IMG/VR virus record: IMGVR_UViG_3300043093_000048
Span: 192,001 to 256,000 of that record
Source of the DNA: a virus
Lineage: Duplodnaviria; Caudoviricetes
Reading direction: 5' to 3' (one strand)
Length of the DNA: 64,000 nt
Positions within the stretch are counted from its first letter, which is position 1, and each line of letters opens with the position of its first letter. Under the pieces are notes generated by a model. That model ran no database searches and was not told where the DNA came from. It was given only the letters and a program-made list of their open reading frames with translations. The position numbers and the translations under genes are program-made. Below, piece after piece: positions 28,074 to 39,900 of the stretch.

Positions 28074-28085
28074 AACTTTTAATTA
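28074..28085 (+). promoter_or_regulatory. Putative late-class promoter
   Basis: AACT-TTTAAT-TA upstream of 28117. Confidence 0.4.
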
Positions 28086-28116
28086 TTAATAAAAAAGAAA
28101 GGTGTGAATTTAAATT

Positions 28117-28731
28117 ATGTTTAGAATTCCTAGTAGTGCTTTACAGTACGAAAAATATATGAGATTATTAGAAGATGAACAACAAGCAGAAGATCCTAAT
28201 GCAACTCAAGATCCTAATGCTCAACAACCAATGGATGATCCTAATGCCCAGCAACAAGCAGAAGATCCTAATGCTCAACAACCAATGGATGATGGTACAC
28301 AAGGAGCAGGTGCAACTCAGCCATCAGGTATTGAAAATGCCCAAACACCAGAAGATGCTTATGAAGCAGGTTTAAAAGAAATTCAAAATACGATTGCTAC
28401 AACAGGTAGAAAAAGATATCAAAGATATAAATTAAATGGTGGTAAAGATAGTTGGGAAATATTTAGAAAAAATCTTGAAGATTCTTTAAAGCAAGAACTT
28501 GAAGATGATTGTAAAGAGATGTATGGATATAACCCAGGAAAAACTACTGAAAAAGATATTTTATTAATGATTAAGAATGGTATAGATCAATTAAATCAAG
28601 CTATGCAAGCAGGTATGGCACAGGATCAGCAACAAGCAGAAGATCCTAACGCACAACAAGCTATGCAAGAAGCATATGATTATATTGCTGAAAGAAGTTA
28701 TAGAAATTATATGAGAAAGAATAGATTCTAA
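28117..28731 (+). CDS. Hypothetical (probably virion) protein with QQAEDPNA/DPNAQQPMD repeats
   Basis: Internal peptide repeats; AAAGGTG RBS. Confidence 0.7.
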   Translation: MFRIPSSALQYEKYMRLLEDEQQAEDPNATQDPNAQQPMDDPNAQQQAEDPNAQQPMDDGTQGAGATQPSGIENAQTPEDAYEAGLKEIQNTIATTGRKRYQRYKLNGGKDSWEIFRKNLEDSLKQELEDDCKEMYGYNPGKTTEKDILLMIKNGIDQLNQAMQAGMAQDQQQAEDPNAQQAMQEAYDYIAERSYRNYMRKNRF

Positions 28732-28747
28732 TAAGGAGGTAATTAAA

Positions 28748-29962
28748 TTGTTTACCACTTATATGAATGAAAATATTTCTTTAACTGAAGAAATATATCC
28801 TATATTTATTTTACTAACAAGAGGAAAAAGTATTATTAGTGGACCAATTAGTAAAATAACTAAATCTCCTTTTACACATTGTTCAATAAGTTTAGATCCT
28901 AAACTTAGATATTTCTATAGCTTTAATTTTTTAGATAAATTTAATCGAGGTTTTGTAAAGGAAACTAGACAAAGCTTAACAAAAAATACAAATTCAACTA
29001 ATATTTCAGTATTTTTTGTTAATAAAGTAATATATAAAAATATTAATAGAAATCTTAAATTTTTTAGTGATAATAAGGATAAAACTAAATATAGTTTTAA
29101 GAGATTATTTGAAGCAGCTTTTAATAAAGGAAAAGAAAAAAATCCTTATGAACAAGTATGTTCTTCATTTGTATACTCTATATTGAAAAATGCAGGTGTA
29201 CAATTAGCTCCAGATAATATAAAATGTGTAAAACCTTCTGATATAGCAAAAACAGTAATTAACAATAATAAATATATCTATGAAATTTTTGATGGTCCAA
29301 TATTAGATTTAAATACAGATGATATTACATTAAAAATAGAAAAATTAAAAAACTCTTCTAAATCTAGATTATATAATCAAGATAAAATAGTTTTAGAAGA
29401 AAGCATCCATCCAGAAACTGTTGATCGTTCTAATTATGATAACTTTACTTTATATGGTTTATTTCATATTTATACTACTAATTTTTCTTTAAGAAACGAT
29501 CCAAAATTTTTAGAGAATATGAAATGGGTTAAAGAACGTATAGAAGAAATTTGTAAAATGGCTGGATGGATAGCTTTTCCTTATGAATTAACTTTATGTG
29601 ATACTTTTGATGATTTAAATGTATTTTATAATTATGAAGCTCCTATATGGGTAACAGGATTTACATATGGTGATAAAGTATATATGAAAGCACCAAATAT
29701 TTATCCAGGTACTCTCTATTATAATGTAGTATTACATGAATGTATACATGTTCAAATATATTTAAATGAAAAAGTTAAAGGAAAATTTATTAGTAGAGAA
29801 GATGAAGAAGGAATGGCAGTTTTCTTTAGTACACCATTGGATGTTTGGCTTAGAGAACTTAATCACGGTCCAAATTGGTATTATTATGAAAGTTCTATAA
29901 GAGTTCAAGATGATTTTATGCGTGGTGGAATGGAATATGTTAAAGAAAAACGATTTATTTAA
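28748..29962 (+). CDS. Two-domain protein: permuted papain-like (YiiX/NlpC-P60) domain plus HEXXH metallopeptidase-like domain
   Basis: SPFTHCSISLD...QVCSSFV..KPSDI (His before Cys); VVLHECIH...EEGMAVF; TTG start after AAGGAGG. Confidence 0.65.
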   Translation: MFTTYMNENISLTEEIYPIFILLTRGKSIISGPISKITKSPFTHCSISLDPKLRYFYSFNFLDKFNRGFVKETRQSLTKNTNSTNISVFFVNKVIYKNINRNLKFFSDNKDKTKYSFKRLFEAAFNKGKEKNPYEQVCSSFVYSILKNAGVQLAPDNIKCVKPSDIAKTVINNNKYIYEIFDGPILDLNTDDITLKIEKLKNSSKSRLYNQDKIVLEESIHPETVDRSNYDNFTLYGLFHIYTTNFSLRNDPKFLENMKWVKERIEEICKMAGWIAFPYELTLCDTFDDLNVFYNYEAPIWVTGFTYGDKVYMKAPNIYPGTLYYNVVLHECIHVQIYLNEKVKGKFISREDEEGMAVFFSTPLDVWLRELNHGPNWYYYESSIRVQDDFMRGGMEYVKEKRFI

Positions 29963-29968
29963 ATAATT

Positions 29969-30931
29969 ATGAAAGAGATGATTAATATGAATTATATAAT
30001 TAAACAATATAAAATCCTTTCAGAATGTTATAGTAACCCTAATTTTTCAACTAAAGTATATTTAAGATTAATTAATGAAAATCCTAATTTAAATATTAGT
30101 CCTGAAGATTTTGATTGTATGATAGATGATATGTATAATAATTTTCTTAATGAAAATGCAGAATATATTGATGAATTTTTTTACTATAATGAAGGATTTT
30201 TTGGGAATATTGCTGAAAAAACTAAAAATATGGCTGGAAAAACTAAAAATAAATTTAGTGAAGTAAATCAAAAAAGAAAAGAAAAAATGGAAGAAAAGAA
30301 AAATGGAAGAAAAGAAAGAAAAGAAGAAAAGAAAAATGAAAGAAAACAAAGAAAAGAAGAAAGAAAAAATACTAGTAAAAAAATTAGTAAATCCGCTTCA
30401 AATATTGAAGAAGTTACAAATACTGCTAAAAGTGTTGCTAATAAAGCTGATAGTACTATGGATGATGTAAAAGGTGTAGCTTCTAATGTTAGATCGGCTA
30501 CTGGTAAAGTAAATAGAGCTATGGATGATGTAAAAGGTGTTACTGATAAAGCTAATAATACTATGATTAATGTTCAGAATGCTTCTTCCGATGTTAAGAA
30601 AGTAACTAGAGATGCTGCTGAAATAACTAATGATGTAAATAAACGTTATAAAAATGCTACAAAGAAAATAGACAACACTAAGCAAAATATTAAGAAAAAT
30701 GGTAAAAAAGTAGCAATAGGTGGTGCTGCTGTTGGTAGTGCAGCAATTGCTACTAAAATTATTTTAGATAAAAAAGATAGACAGAGATATAATGAATGGA
30801 AGGCTAAACATAAATCTAAGAGAGAATTAGTTACATTTAAACAATGGAAAGATTTAGGAAAGCCATTAAATGAAGATTACATTCAAGGTTATAATGATGC
30901 TATTGAATATTTAAATAATTTAGATTATTAA
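29969..30931 (+). CDS. Hypothetical basic, repeat-rich protein (probably internal head protein)
   Basis: K/E/R tract, MDDVKGV repeats, several L/I-N-E motifs. Confidence 0.65.
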   Translation: MKEMINMNYIIKQYKILSECYSNPNFSTKVYLRLINENPNLNISPEDFDCMIDDMYNNFLNENAEYIDEFFYYNEGFFGNIAEKTKNMAGKTKNKFSEVNQKRKEKMEEKKNGRKERKEEKKNERKQRKEERKNTSKKISKSASNIEEVTNTAKSVANKADSTMDDVKGVASNVRSATGKVNRAMDDVKGVTDKANNTMINVQNASSDVKKVTRDAAEITNDVNKRYKNATKKIDNTKQNIKKNGKKVAIGGAAVGSAAIATKIILDKKDRQRYNEWKAKHKSKRELVTFKQWKDLGKPLNEDYIQGYNDAIEYLNNLDY

Positions 30932-30934
30932 AAT

Positions 30935-30970
30935 AATTAGAGTAAACAGAATATTCTGTTTACTCTAATT
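30935..30970. terminator. Bidirectional terminator between convergent genes
   Basis: Perfect palindrome AATTAGAGTAAACAGAAT/ATTCTGTTTACTCTAATT. Confidence 0.8.
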
Positions 30971-30973
30971 TTA

Positions 30974-31282
30974 TTATTTATTAAGATTCTTTAAAGCTTC
31001 AATTGTAGAATCTGGAACAGTCATATCATTATCAATACCTGCTGATAATAATAAAGTACTAACTGTATTTAAAGTTTGTTTCTTAGAAATATCATTTGGA
31101 AGATCTTTCATATATACATAACCTTGCTTAGATATTTCTTTATACATATAAGCTTTAGCATCGGCACTATCTGCTCTTGGACCTAAAAATTCTTTTAAAC
31201 AAATAGGATCTTCTTTATATGATAATAAAGAATAGGACTCTGAATCGCTGATTCGAGCGATTTTATCATCTGATGTAACCTG
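30974..31282 (-). CDS. rpoB: RNAP beta C-part, exon 2 (102 aa, not in ORF track)
   Basis: QVTSDDKIARISDSESYSL..LKEFLGPRADSADAK..GYVYM..TLNTVSTLLLSAGI; compare beta GGQRFGEMEVWAL..LQEMLTVKSDD. Confidence 0.85.
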   Translation of the reverse strand, partial: QVTSDDKIARISDSESYSLLSYKEDPICLKEFLGPRADSADAKAYMYKEISKQGYVYMKDLPNDISKKQTLNTVSTLLLSAGIDNDMTVPDSTIEALKNLNK

Positions 31283-31683
31283 CTTTTTTATTTAGACTAT
31301 ATCTTCAACTGTAATAACAGTTGTCTCCTGTTTCCATTTAAGGGATTTTCACCCACTATAAAAGCCGTACTCTTATTGCTTATTTCAAAGCTACTCACAA
31401 ATAAAATTATTATTTATTTGCTTTCAGATAGTCGTTGAACGTTTATCTTAAGACTTCTTAAGATACTTCGCTGCTGATTAACCATTATTTCAAAGTACTT
31501 AGGATCTTAAACTTTCATTTAAGACTTTTATTTCACCATATACTATCTTAACTATTTTTTCTGTCTTTCGACTGCATTCACACTTAGAGTTACCTCTTAT
31601 GTTGTAGCTAGTTAAGCTTTAGGAACTTCCAGCAATTAAGGAGATAAAACCACTATATCACTATAATGGCTGAGCCAAAGTTA
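31283..31683 (-). mobile_element. Group I intron 3 (ORF-less, 401 nt)
   Basis: Exon ends GGGU, pairing with GCUC (U-G); AAUUGCUGGAA, AAUCAGCAGC, GUUCAACGACUA, AAGAUAUAGUCU; terminal G. Splicing restores MKTG|QVT. Confidence 0.92.
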
Positions 31684-33897
31684 ACCCGTTTTCATATTAC
31701 GTTTATTTATATCTAAACTATAAGTATTCTTTTTGCTAAGCATCTGCTGTAGTCTTCTTAAGTTTATATATAAAATAGGAACTTTATATCTAGTTCTTAT
31801 TGGATTTTCTTCATGACCATCATGTCTATAATAAAGATATTCTTCAGTAGGAACTTTAAGATAATCTAAAGCTTCTTTACAATCTTTAATTCTAGGACAA
31901 TTTTTATTAGGCAATACTTCAAGATAAAAATTCTTCTTATCATCTAAAATAAGATCTTTAATATATTTATCAAATTTCTCATCTGACATTGATTTAAATA
32001 AGTTTTTATATTTTTGAGTGTTAGCACCTGTTTTATCTAAAATATCAAAGACTTTATAAACTTTTTCTTCAATTTGTTTTCTTTTATTAGCATTAATAGC
32101 TTCATTTAATACTAATTGATCCTTATTAGATTCATTAATACTTTCAAATAAAGTAAAAGGTAAATCAGGATTATCAATTTTTCTATATTCATCAGTTGCT
32201 TCTATTTTATCAGCTAATAAGAAATTTCTACATTCTATTCTTAAATCAGTTATATTTAATTTTCTTTTAACATAATTAATCATAGCCATTTCAATTCCTT
32301 GAAGCTTATAATCAGAACTAGCTTCTAAAGCTACAACTGTTTTAATGGTTCTATTTAAAGCAGTTTGTAAATTATAAATTTTATCTTCAATTATAATATA
32401 TCCTGCTATATTTTCGTTACTATCAATAAACATAAAACCATGTTGATTTCCAGGAAGTTTTTGACAATTTCTTAATTTATAATGTGTTTTACCATATTTA
32501 AATAAATTCTGTGGTGTCATTTCTTTAATGTCAAATTCAGATATAATACTATCTTTGAAATCTTGCTCATCTTGAACTGTATTAGTATAAATAAAGTTTT
32601 CTTTTTGTTTATTATTTAAATCTATTAATCTAGTTAAGAATTCTTTATTATCTTTAGAATTATTCAAAATAAACTTTAAAACACTGTCAGTTAAACCCTC
32701 AATAGTAATAAATAGATTATCATAATTATCTTCATTATAAACTTCATTTAATACACTATACATATCTTCAATAGAATCAAATTCATTAATACCTTTCATT
32801 ATATTATCATTACATTCAATATAATATATAGAATCTTCTATTTGGAATGTAGGAATTAATGAAGTGGTTTCACCTAATGAATATACATTCATTTTAGGAT
32901 TATATCCTAATTCATATAGCTTATTAAATACTGAACTAGATCTTTGTGCAGCTATATTTAATCCAACAGCATTTGGAGCTATTGCACCTTCTTTAATAAT
33001 TGAAAAATAATCATAGACATCTTCATAATTATTAAAATCAAAATTTTCTAATAAAGGACTTTCATCATTATTAATATATTTATCTAAGAACTCTTTAGAA
33101 GTTAAATAAATATCTATTCTATCCTCTCCATACCTTTCAAAATTTAAATCCATTTCAATTGATTGGAAATTTAATAATCTAGTATCATAATCAATTATAT
33201 CAATATTAGGAACATGAATTAATTCAAAGATATGTAATAAATAATTTATAGCTGCATATTCATAATAAGTCTTTTTAACTTTAATATCATCTAATAAATT
33301 CCAATTAATAGAATTATATAATGAAAATAAATCAGAAATATCATATGAACTACTAAACTCTTCAAGATTTCTTAAGAATCTTTCATAAGTTTCATCAGGA
33401 ACAATTTTGTTACATACTTTTATTCTATAATCTTTTAATACTGAATTATTATCTTTATCAAAATCCTGTAAGATGTTTTTATAAGAAATTTCAGTTAATT
33501 TAAACTTTAAACAATCTTTAACATCAGGAACTATACCAAAAGTATTATTAATATAATCATTATCCCATGTAATACAAAGATTAGTAAGTATATTCATATT
33601 ATTAACATTTTTAAATATAGGAACTACACTTAATACATGATAAGATCTATTATTATTCCTAATAAGATAATTTCTATTATAACTTTGAGAGAATGGTAAT
33701 TTATCTTGTACTGATATAAATGAATCATAATGAATAAAATCATCAGGATCATTTAATTTAGGAATATCAAAATAATTTTTAATACGATTTGATTCAGCAT
33801 AATTTAAATGGTCATTGCAAATAGGACAAGGTGTTTCCAATAATGAACCATCAAATATAGAATTACACGTATTACATTTACAATATAAGTATCCCAT
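31684..33897 (-). CDS. rpoB: RNAP beta C-part, exon 1, with about 600-aa N-terminal extension (Zn ribbon, degenerate GNAT-like region)
   Basis: C-terminal KVPILYINLRRLQQMLSKKN..RNMKTG (compare VGYMYMLKLNHLVDDK..TQQP); ATG 33897 after GAGGTG; CKCNTC..CPIC. Confidence 0.8.
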
Positions 33898-33924
33898 AGT
33901 TATATTCACCTCTTTTAAAAAATA

Positions 33925-33936
33925 TAAAATATTGTT
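33925..33936 (-). promoter_or_regulatory. Putative late-class promoter
   Basis: AACA-ATATTT-TA upstream of the RBS. Confidence 0.5.
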
Positions 33937-33949
33937 GACGTGCAAATAA

Positions 33950-33981
33950 AATCCTAAAGAGTTTTAAAACTCTTTAGGATT
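33950..33981 (-). terminator. Intrinsic terminator
   Basis: Palindrome AATCCTAAAGAGTTTT/AAAACTCTTTAGGATT. Confidence 0.75.
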
Positions 33982-33987
33982 AATTTA

Positions 33988-36900
33988 TTACTTAATAAAA
34001 TCTATATTAGTTGAAATATTTTCTTTTGTTGTTGAGCTTAAATCAATTTCTCTAATACCGCCAGCAAATGAAATTCTAACTAAGTTATTTGAAATTACAG
34101 TATTTTTTAATAAGTCATTATAAATATCATGTAAATTATATATTGTATTATTAAATGTAAATTCTTTATCTTCAACATTTAAAGTATCATAATAATCTTC
34201 AGCTAAAATAGTTACTGTATCTGAGAATGAACGATAACCTTTCTTTTCATTTTCTTTCATCCAACCATTAACTCTATAACCTACAATTTTATTGGCAGTA
34301 CTATCATAAATAACGCCAAATAATCTATAAATAAATGAGAATCTATTTAAGCTAGACGTTTTAAGTTTATCATCATTTTCTTTACTAATTATTATATTAG
34401 TTGTAGCATTAGGGATTGTTCTAAATTGATTTGTATTAGTATATTTTTCATTATAGTCATATACATTTCTAATATTAATATAATAATTACTATCTTTATT
34501 AGTTATATCACAATCTTTTAAGAATATAGTATTAGTGTCTTTTAATAAATAGTTATCTTCGCTATCTGTAAAATCTTTTATAGGATAATTTGCGGAAATA
34601 TCATATAATGTTATACCATTATAATTCTCTGCATTAAATCTACCTCTAGGATTTTCCATACCTAACATTCCATAAGCAATACAACCAAATCCGTCTAATT
34701 GATAGGAAGTAGCATAATTTAAAACTGAAGGCGTTAAAGGCTTTGAAGTATTATCTTTATTTACTAATTCATTAAAATCACTTTCATTTAAACTTAAAGT
34801 ACCACAAACATCATCTGGATCATCTGGATTCTTTTCAAATTTTCTACCTTCATAGAAATGACAGAAATTTTTATAATTGCTTTTATACTTTGAGTTTGCT
34901 AAATCTTCAAGTGTAGTATCTAATAATATTCTACTAGCTCCATTATATCCATATCGATACATATATGAAATATTATCTTTAAATATTGGATTATTAATTG
35001 AATTATCTACTACATCTGAAATTAATTCTTGAATAGTTTCATTAAATAAAGCAATTTTCTTACCAGATCTTTCATAATTAGACACATAATAACCTGTGTA
35101 ATCATCATTATCAAAATCTAAATTAAAATATTGATAACCATCAATAAAATTTCTAGAAGGAATTTCGTAATCAATATTATCTATATTTATATTTCTCATT
35201 TTACTTTTTACAGTAGCTTTAAATAGATATAAATTTTTATTTGCATATTCTGATTCATTATCACTAAATTTATTCTGATTAAATTTAATAATATTTAAAT
35301 CTTTAATATAATTTTTAAATATTTCTTTTTTAATATCATCATCATCTGTATAGTATCTATCAGGAAATGCATCTAAGCTTTCAGTTTTAGTTCTATGATA
35401 TTCATTCGTAGAAAATTTTGGTACATTTTCAGTACTACTTGGCAAATATTTTTCAACTTTTAAAGGATCTATATACCAATATTCATTAGATCTTTTTCTT
35501 TCATCGCTATAAGTGCTACCAGCTATTTTATTTTCATGTATAGTAGCTAATACGCTATCAATATTATTATAAGTATTTTTAGCTCTTAAATAAAGAGAAT
35601 TTAAAGGGTCACCATCATAAGTAAAATTATTGTCTGGATTAAAATCTTTTAAACTATAAATAGTAAATGTATAATTATTATCTTTTTCATAAGTGTTGTC
35701 ATTCTTTTTATATGTTTCTAAAGAATCAAAATAAAGTTCAGAATCATTCATTGTTAGAGTAAAATAGTTATTACCAGTAAAGTTATCATCTTTTTCATGT
35801 AAATATGGTAAATCACCAACTTTACTATATGGACTTTCTATACGTTTATTTGAAACAGTTGAGATATTTTTATATTTTTGTTTATTACCTCTTGCATTCC
35901 AGTTAATTTTCTTTCTAACTTCTTTAAATTCATCATTTGTTCCATGATATATTATATTAAATGCATCATTATAAATAATATCATTAATTTCAACTGCAAT
36001 AAGACTGTTCCAATTTACATATGGTTTATTTACATCATAGAATTTTTCAATATATTTTACATTATTATCTTCAATTGAAAAATCACTATCATCTTTTATT
36101 AATTCACCTAAATCAATAATATTATCTTCTGTATAGTCACTATCTATTGAGTATAAATGATTATTATTAATTCTTAATTTACCACAATTTATAAAGTTAT
36201 TATCTGAAATAATATATAATTTATTACCAAACTCAACATTTACTAAAGATATACAATTTTCACAAACTTTAGAAACATTAGAAGCAGTTGTTACCATTAC
36301 TTTTTCAGCATTATAACCAGAGTTAACATATTCTAAATAATAATCTTTAAATTTAGTTACCAATAATGTACTATCTTCTCCATTGTTATATATTTCAGGT
36401 TTTTCTTCTATAACACTTTCAATGTAATCTATATATTCATCATAGTCTGTATAACCATCTCTTTCATAGTATATATATTTAGGATCAATATAATAATCTT
36501 CACCATCTACTTCATCTTTATTTTCTTCATAAATATCAACCATTTTACCATGAAAATTTTTATCATCATGATTATAATATAACCAACCAGTTTTACAATT
36601 AACATAAATTGCATGGTTTCCTATATAAGTACCATTAAAGCAGCTAGTCATAATTTCATAAGCTTTTCCATCAATATTAACACGATAACCACTTTCAATA
36701 TCAGAATCTTTATAATAATAAGCAAGATATTTTTTATTATTATAATTTATTATAAAAGATTTAACTCTAGGATCAACATCCATAGAACTTTGAACGTTTT
36801 CTACAAAAAAGTTACCAAAATATATAACTTCTGGTAATAATAAATTCATTAATCTACTACAACCGGAAAAACAGCTATAACCTATTGCATAAGCATTGCC

Positions 36901-39900
36901 AGTATCTATAGTTTTAGCATATATATCATCTATAAATACATTAGAATGAAATCTATTTATAAATACATTATCACCATGTTTAAATTTAATGCTAAGTTGA
37001 TCTGAAAATTTATAACCATTAGTAGGTTGTAATTTTTCATCAAATACTGTAGTATTATATTCTTGGAAGTTTCCTTCTGAATCATAAGAATACTTTGAAT
37101 CATCCATTTTAGCTTGTCCTTCATATACTAAATTATCATCTTCATCTCTATAATCATTACCTTTAAAATCTACTATATAACGTCTATTTAAATATTCATT
37201 TTCAGAAAAAGCATTAATACTAGTAGTATAAATATAATTACAATTATCAAATATAATTTGATTTAATGTAGAAAGATAAAATGCTTCACTTTCAATAAAT
37301 CCAAGATTATAAGGAAGTTTAATACTAAAATGATTATCTTTAAAAGTACTAATATTTTTAAATGATTTACTCCCGAAAGTAGCAAATCCATAAATATTAT
37401 CATTACTATTATAAGGTATATAATTTATATTAAATGATGAATCAGAATATACAGGAGGAGTTTTTTTATCTATAGTTCTTCTATAATTTGAGCATGTTAA
37501 AGCATTATTTAAAAAATAAACTTCTTTCAATAATGAATTTTCAAATAAAGATTCTCCATAATAAGTAGCTAAAGGACCAAATGTAAATGAATCAAAATTT
37601 TTATTATTTTTAAATACGCCTTCTCCAAAATAAACTATGGTTGAAGGTATTCTTGCGTTAGTAATATATTTATTAGAAGTATTTGTAACTGTAACTGATG
37701 GCGCTCTATTGTTAATATCTTTAAATATTCCATCATCATTAAATAAATATGAATATGAAGTTTCTAATTTATTATTACCATATTTTAGAATATAATTATT
37801 ATTAGTTTTACTCCAATATTTAGTTCCATTTATATCATAATTAATTTTAGTATTAAATGTTGCTACATCTTCACCTTTACCATCATCACCATTATAAATA
37901 GCATTATCATTTTCATCATAACCAATAATAATTTTATTTGTTGTTGTATTTTCTATTTCTTCTTTATATAATAAAAATGGCATCGTTATAGTATAATTAT
38001 CTGTAGTAAGCCAATAATTATCAATAGCAAAACAATAGTTAGTTATAGGATTATAATTTGAATACTCATTTGTAGCTCTATTATTATGTGCTGACATTGG
38101 TAAGCCAGTAGATATCATTACTCTTCTTTGTTTTTTGTCATCATCACTAGTATCAAATTCATGTGTAGTATAAGTAAATGGCATTGATTGTAATCCACTT
38201 CCATCACCATAATAAACAATTGAACCGCAATGTGTATGGACATCTTTTTGGTTTTTAGTAGCATCACTTTGTAAATTACGATTTTTACTAGGAGAAATTA
38301 ATAATAATTTATGTGTATCAGAATTCTCATCTGTAAAATCATAATCTAAAATAGTTTCAAATATAATAATACCTGACATTTTAAATTTAAGATTACATTC
38401 CTTTTTAGTAGGAGTAAAATCAAAATTTAAAATAGCTATAGAATTTCCATATATATCAGAATCATAAGTTACTTTTTTATTTGAAACATCACAACCAACA
38501 GTTTTATCATCATCTATATCTAAATTAAATAAGAAATTACCATTATTAGCTCCAGTATTTTGTATTAAAGTTTCTACATATACTTTATAAGTACTATTAC
38601 GTTTAATAGTTTCACTATCGTTATTTAATTTTAATGATTCATTAAAGCAATTATTATCTTTACTACTATATGAGTCATAAATTATTTCATTTTCATCTAA
38701 ATTTTTAATAATAATATGAGTTTCTACTAAATCATTTGATAATGGACCATCACAAATACCAGAATCAATAATTTTTTCAGTTGCACCAATTTCTTTAGCA
38801 TAATCATAATCATAAAAGAATTCTTTATCTTTTTCATTACCACCAAGTATATCTGAACCAAAATCACTATAATCATTAAATTTATTAAAAGTCTTTAGTC
38901 TTACATAGTTATAATTTTCATCATATACTATATTACTTTCATCATGTTGACCTTCAAGTGTTAAAATATTTTTATCAGATATATTATTTAAATAACTTTC
39001 AACTGTAAATCTACCAACTTTAGACATTTCATTAATAGCTGCTGCAGCATCTTTAGCACTCTTAGAAATCTTTTTATTAGTACTAATATTTTTTAATCCT
39101 AAACTACTAGCAAATTTACTAATTTCATATAATAAAGGTCTAGTTTTATATGTATAACTTTCAGTATTATAGTCGGTAATACCTTTATTTTCAACTGCAA
39201 TATATGCAAAATTTTGTGTGATAGAAGATTCATCATCTGAATCAGTCGTGTCAGTAATTTCAATTGTAATATTAGTAGAAGTATCTGGTTTTTCAATATT
39301 TTGGTATAATGTTACTAAATAAGCATTATTATTAATAGTGCTTGGAATACTTAATTTAAAATTATCATCTAAAGCATTAAAGCTTGTTCCAGCATTCATC
39401 ATTAAATCAGAAGTTAAAAGATCTTTTGTTATTATAATATCAAAATTAGTTTCACTTTTATTACTATTAATATAATCAATATAATAATGATTTTTATTAT
39501 TATTATCAGTATAATTATTAGCTGAATAATTTTTAATTGTATAGAAAAAGTCAAATATATTACCAGTGTAATAATTAAATGCGCTATCATTCATAATTGA
39601 AAACTTTTTAAGTTGTTCTTCAGTATAATCTGTATGGAATACTTTTAAAATACCATCTTCTTCAGTTAATATAGGTTCTGGAAGTAATTCTTCACCAGAA
39701 TTAATAGAAACAGCTAATGGTAATACACTAGTTTTTCCATTAATAATTTCATCTGTATATTCTATCTGATTATGAAAATCTTCATAATTATAATATCTTA
39801 ATGCTTCATAAAGAATATTAATTGAAAATTTATCACTTTTATTAAGAGTATAACCATAACCTATTTTATATAATTTATCAGTAGTACTGCACTCGTGATC

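Noticed and set aside
28175-28300. Tandem GATCCTAATGC repeats as a CRISPR array
   Set aside because: In-frame coding repeats (DPNA) without unique spacers; no cas genes.
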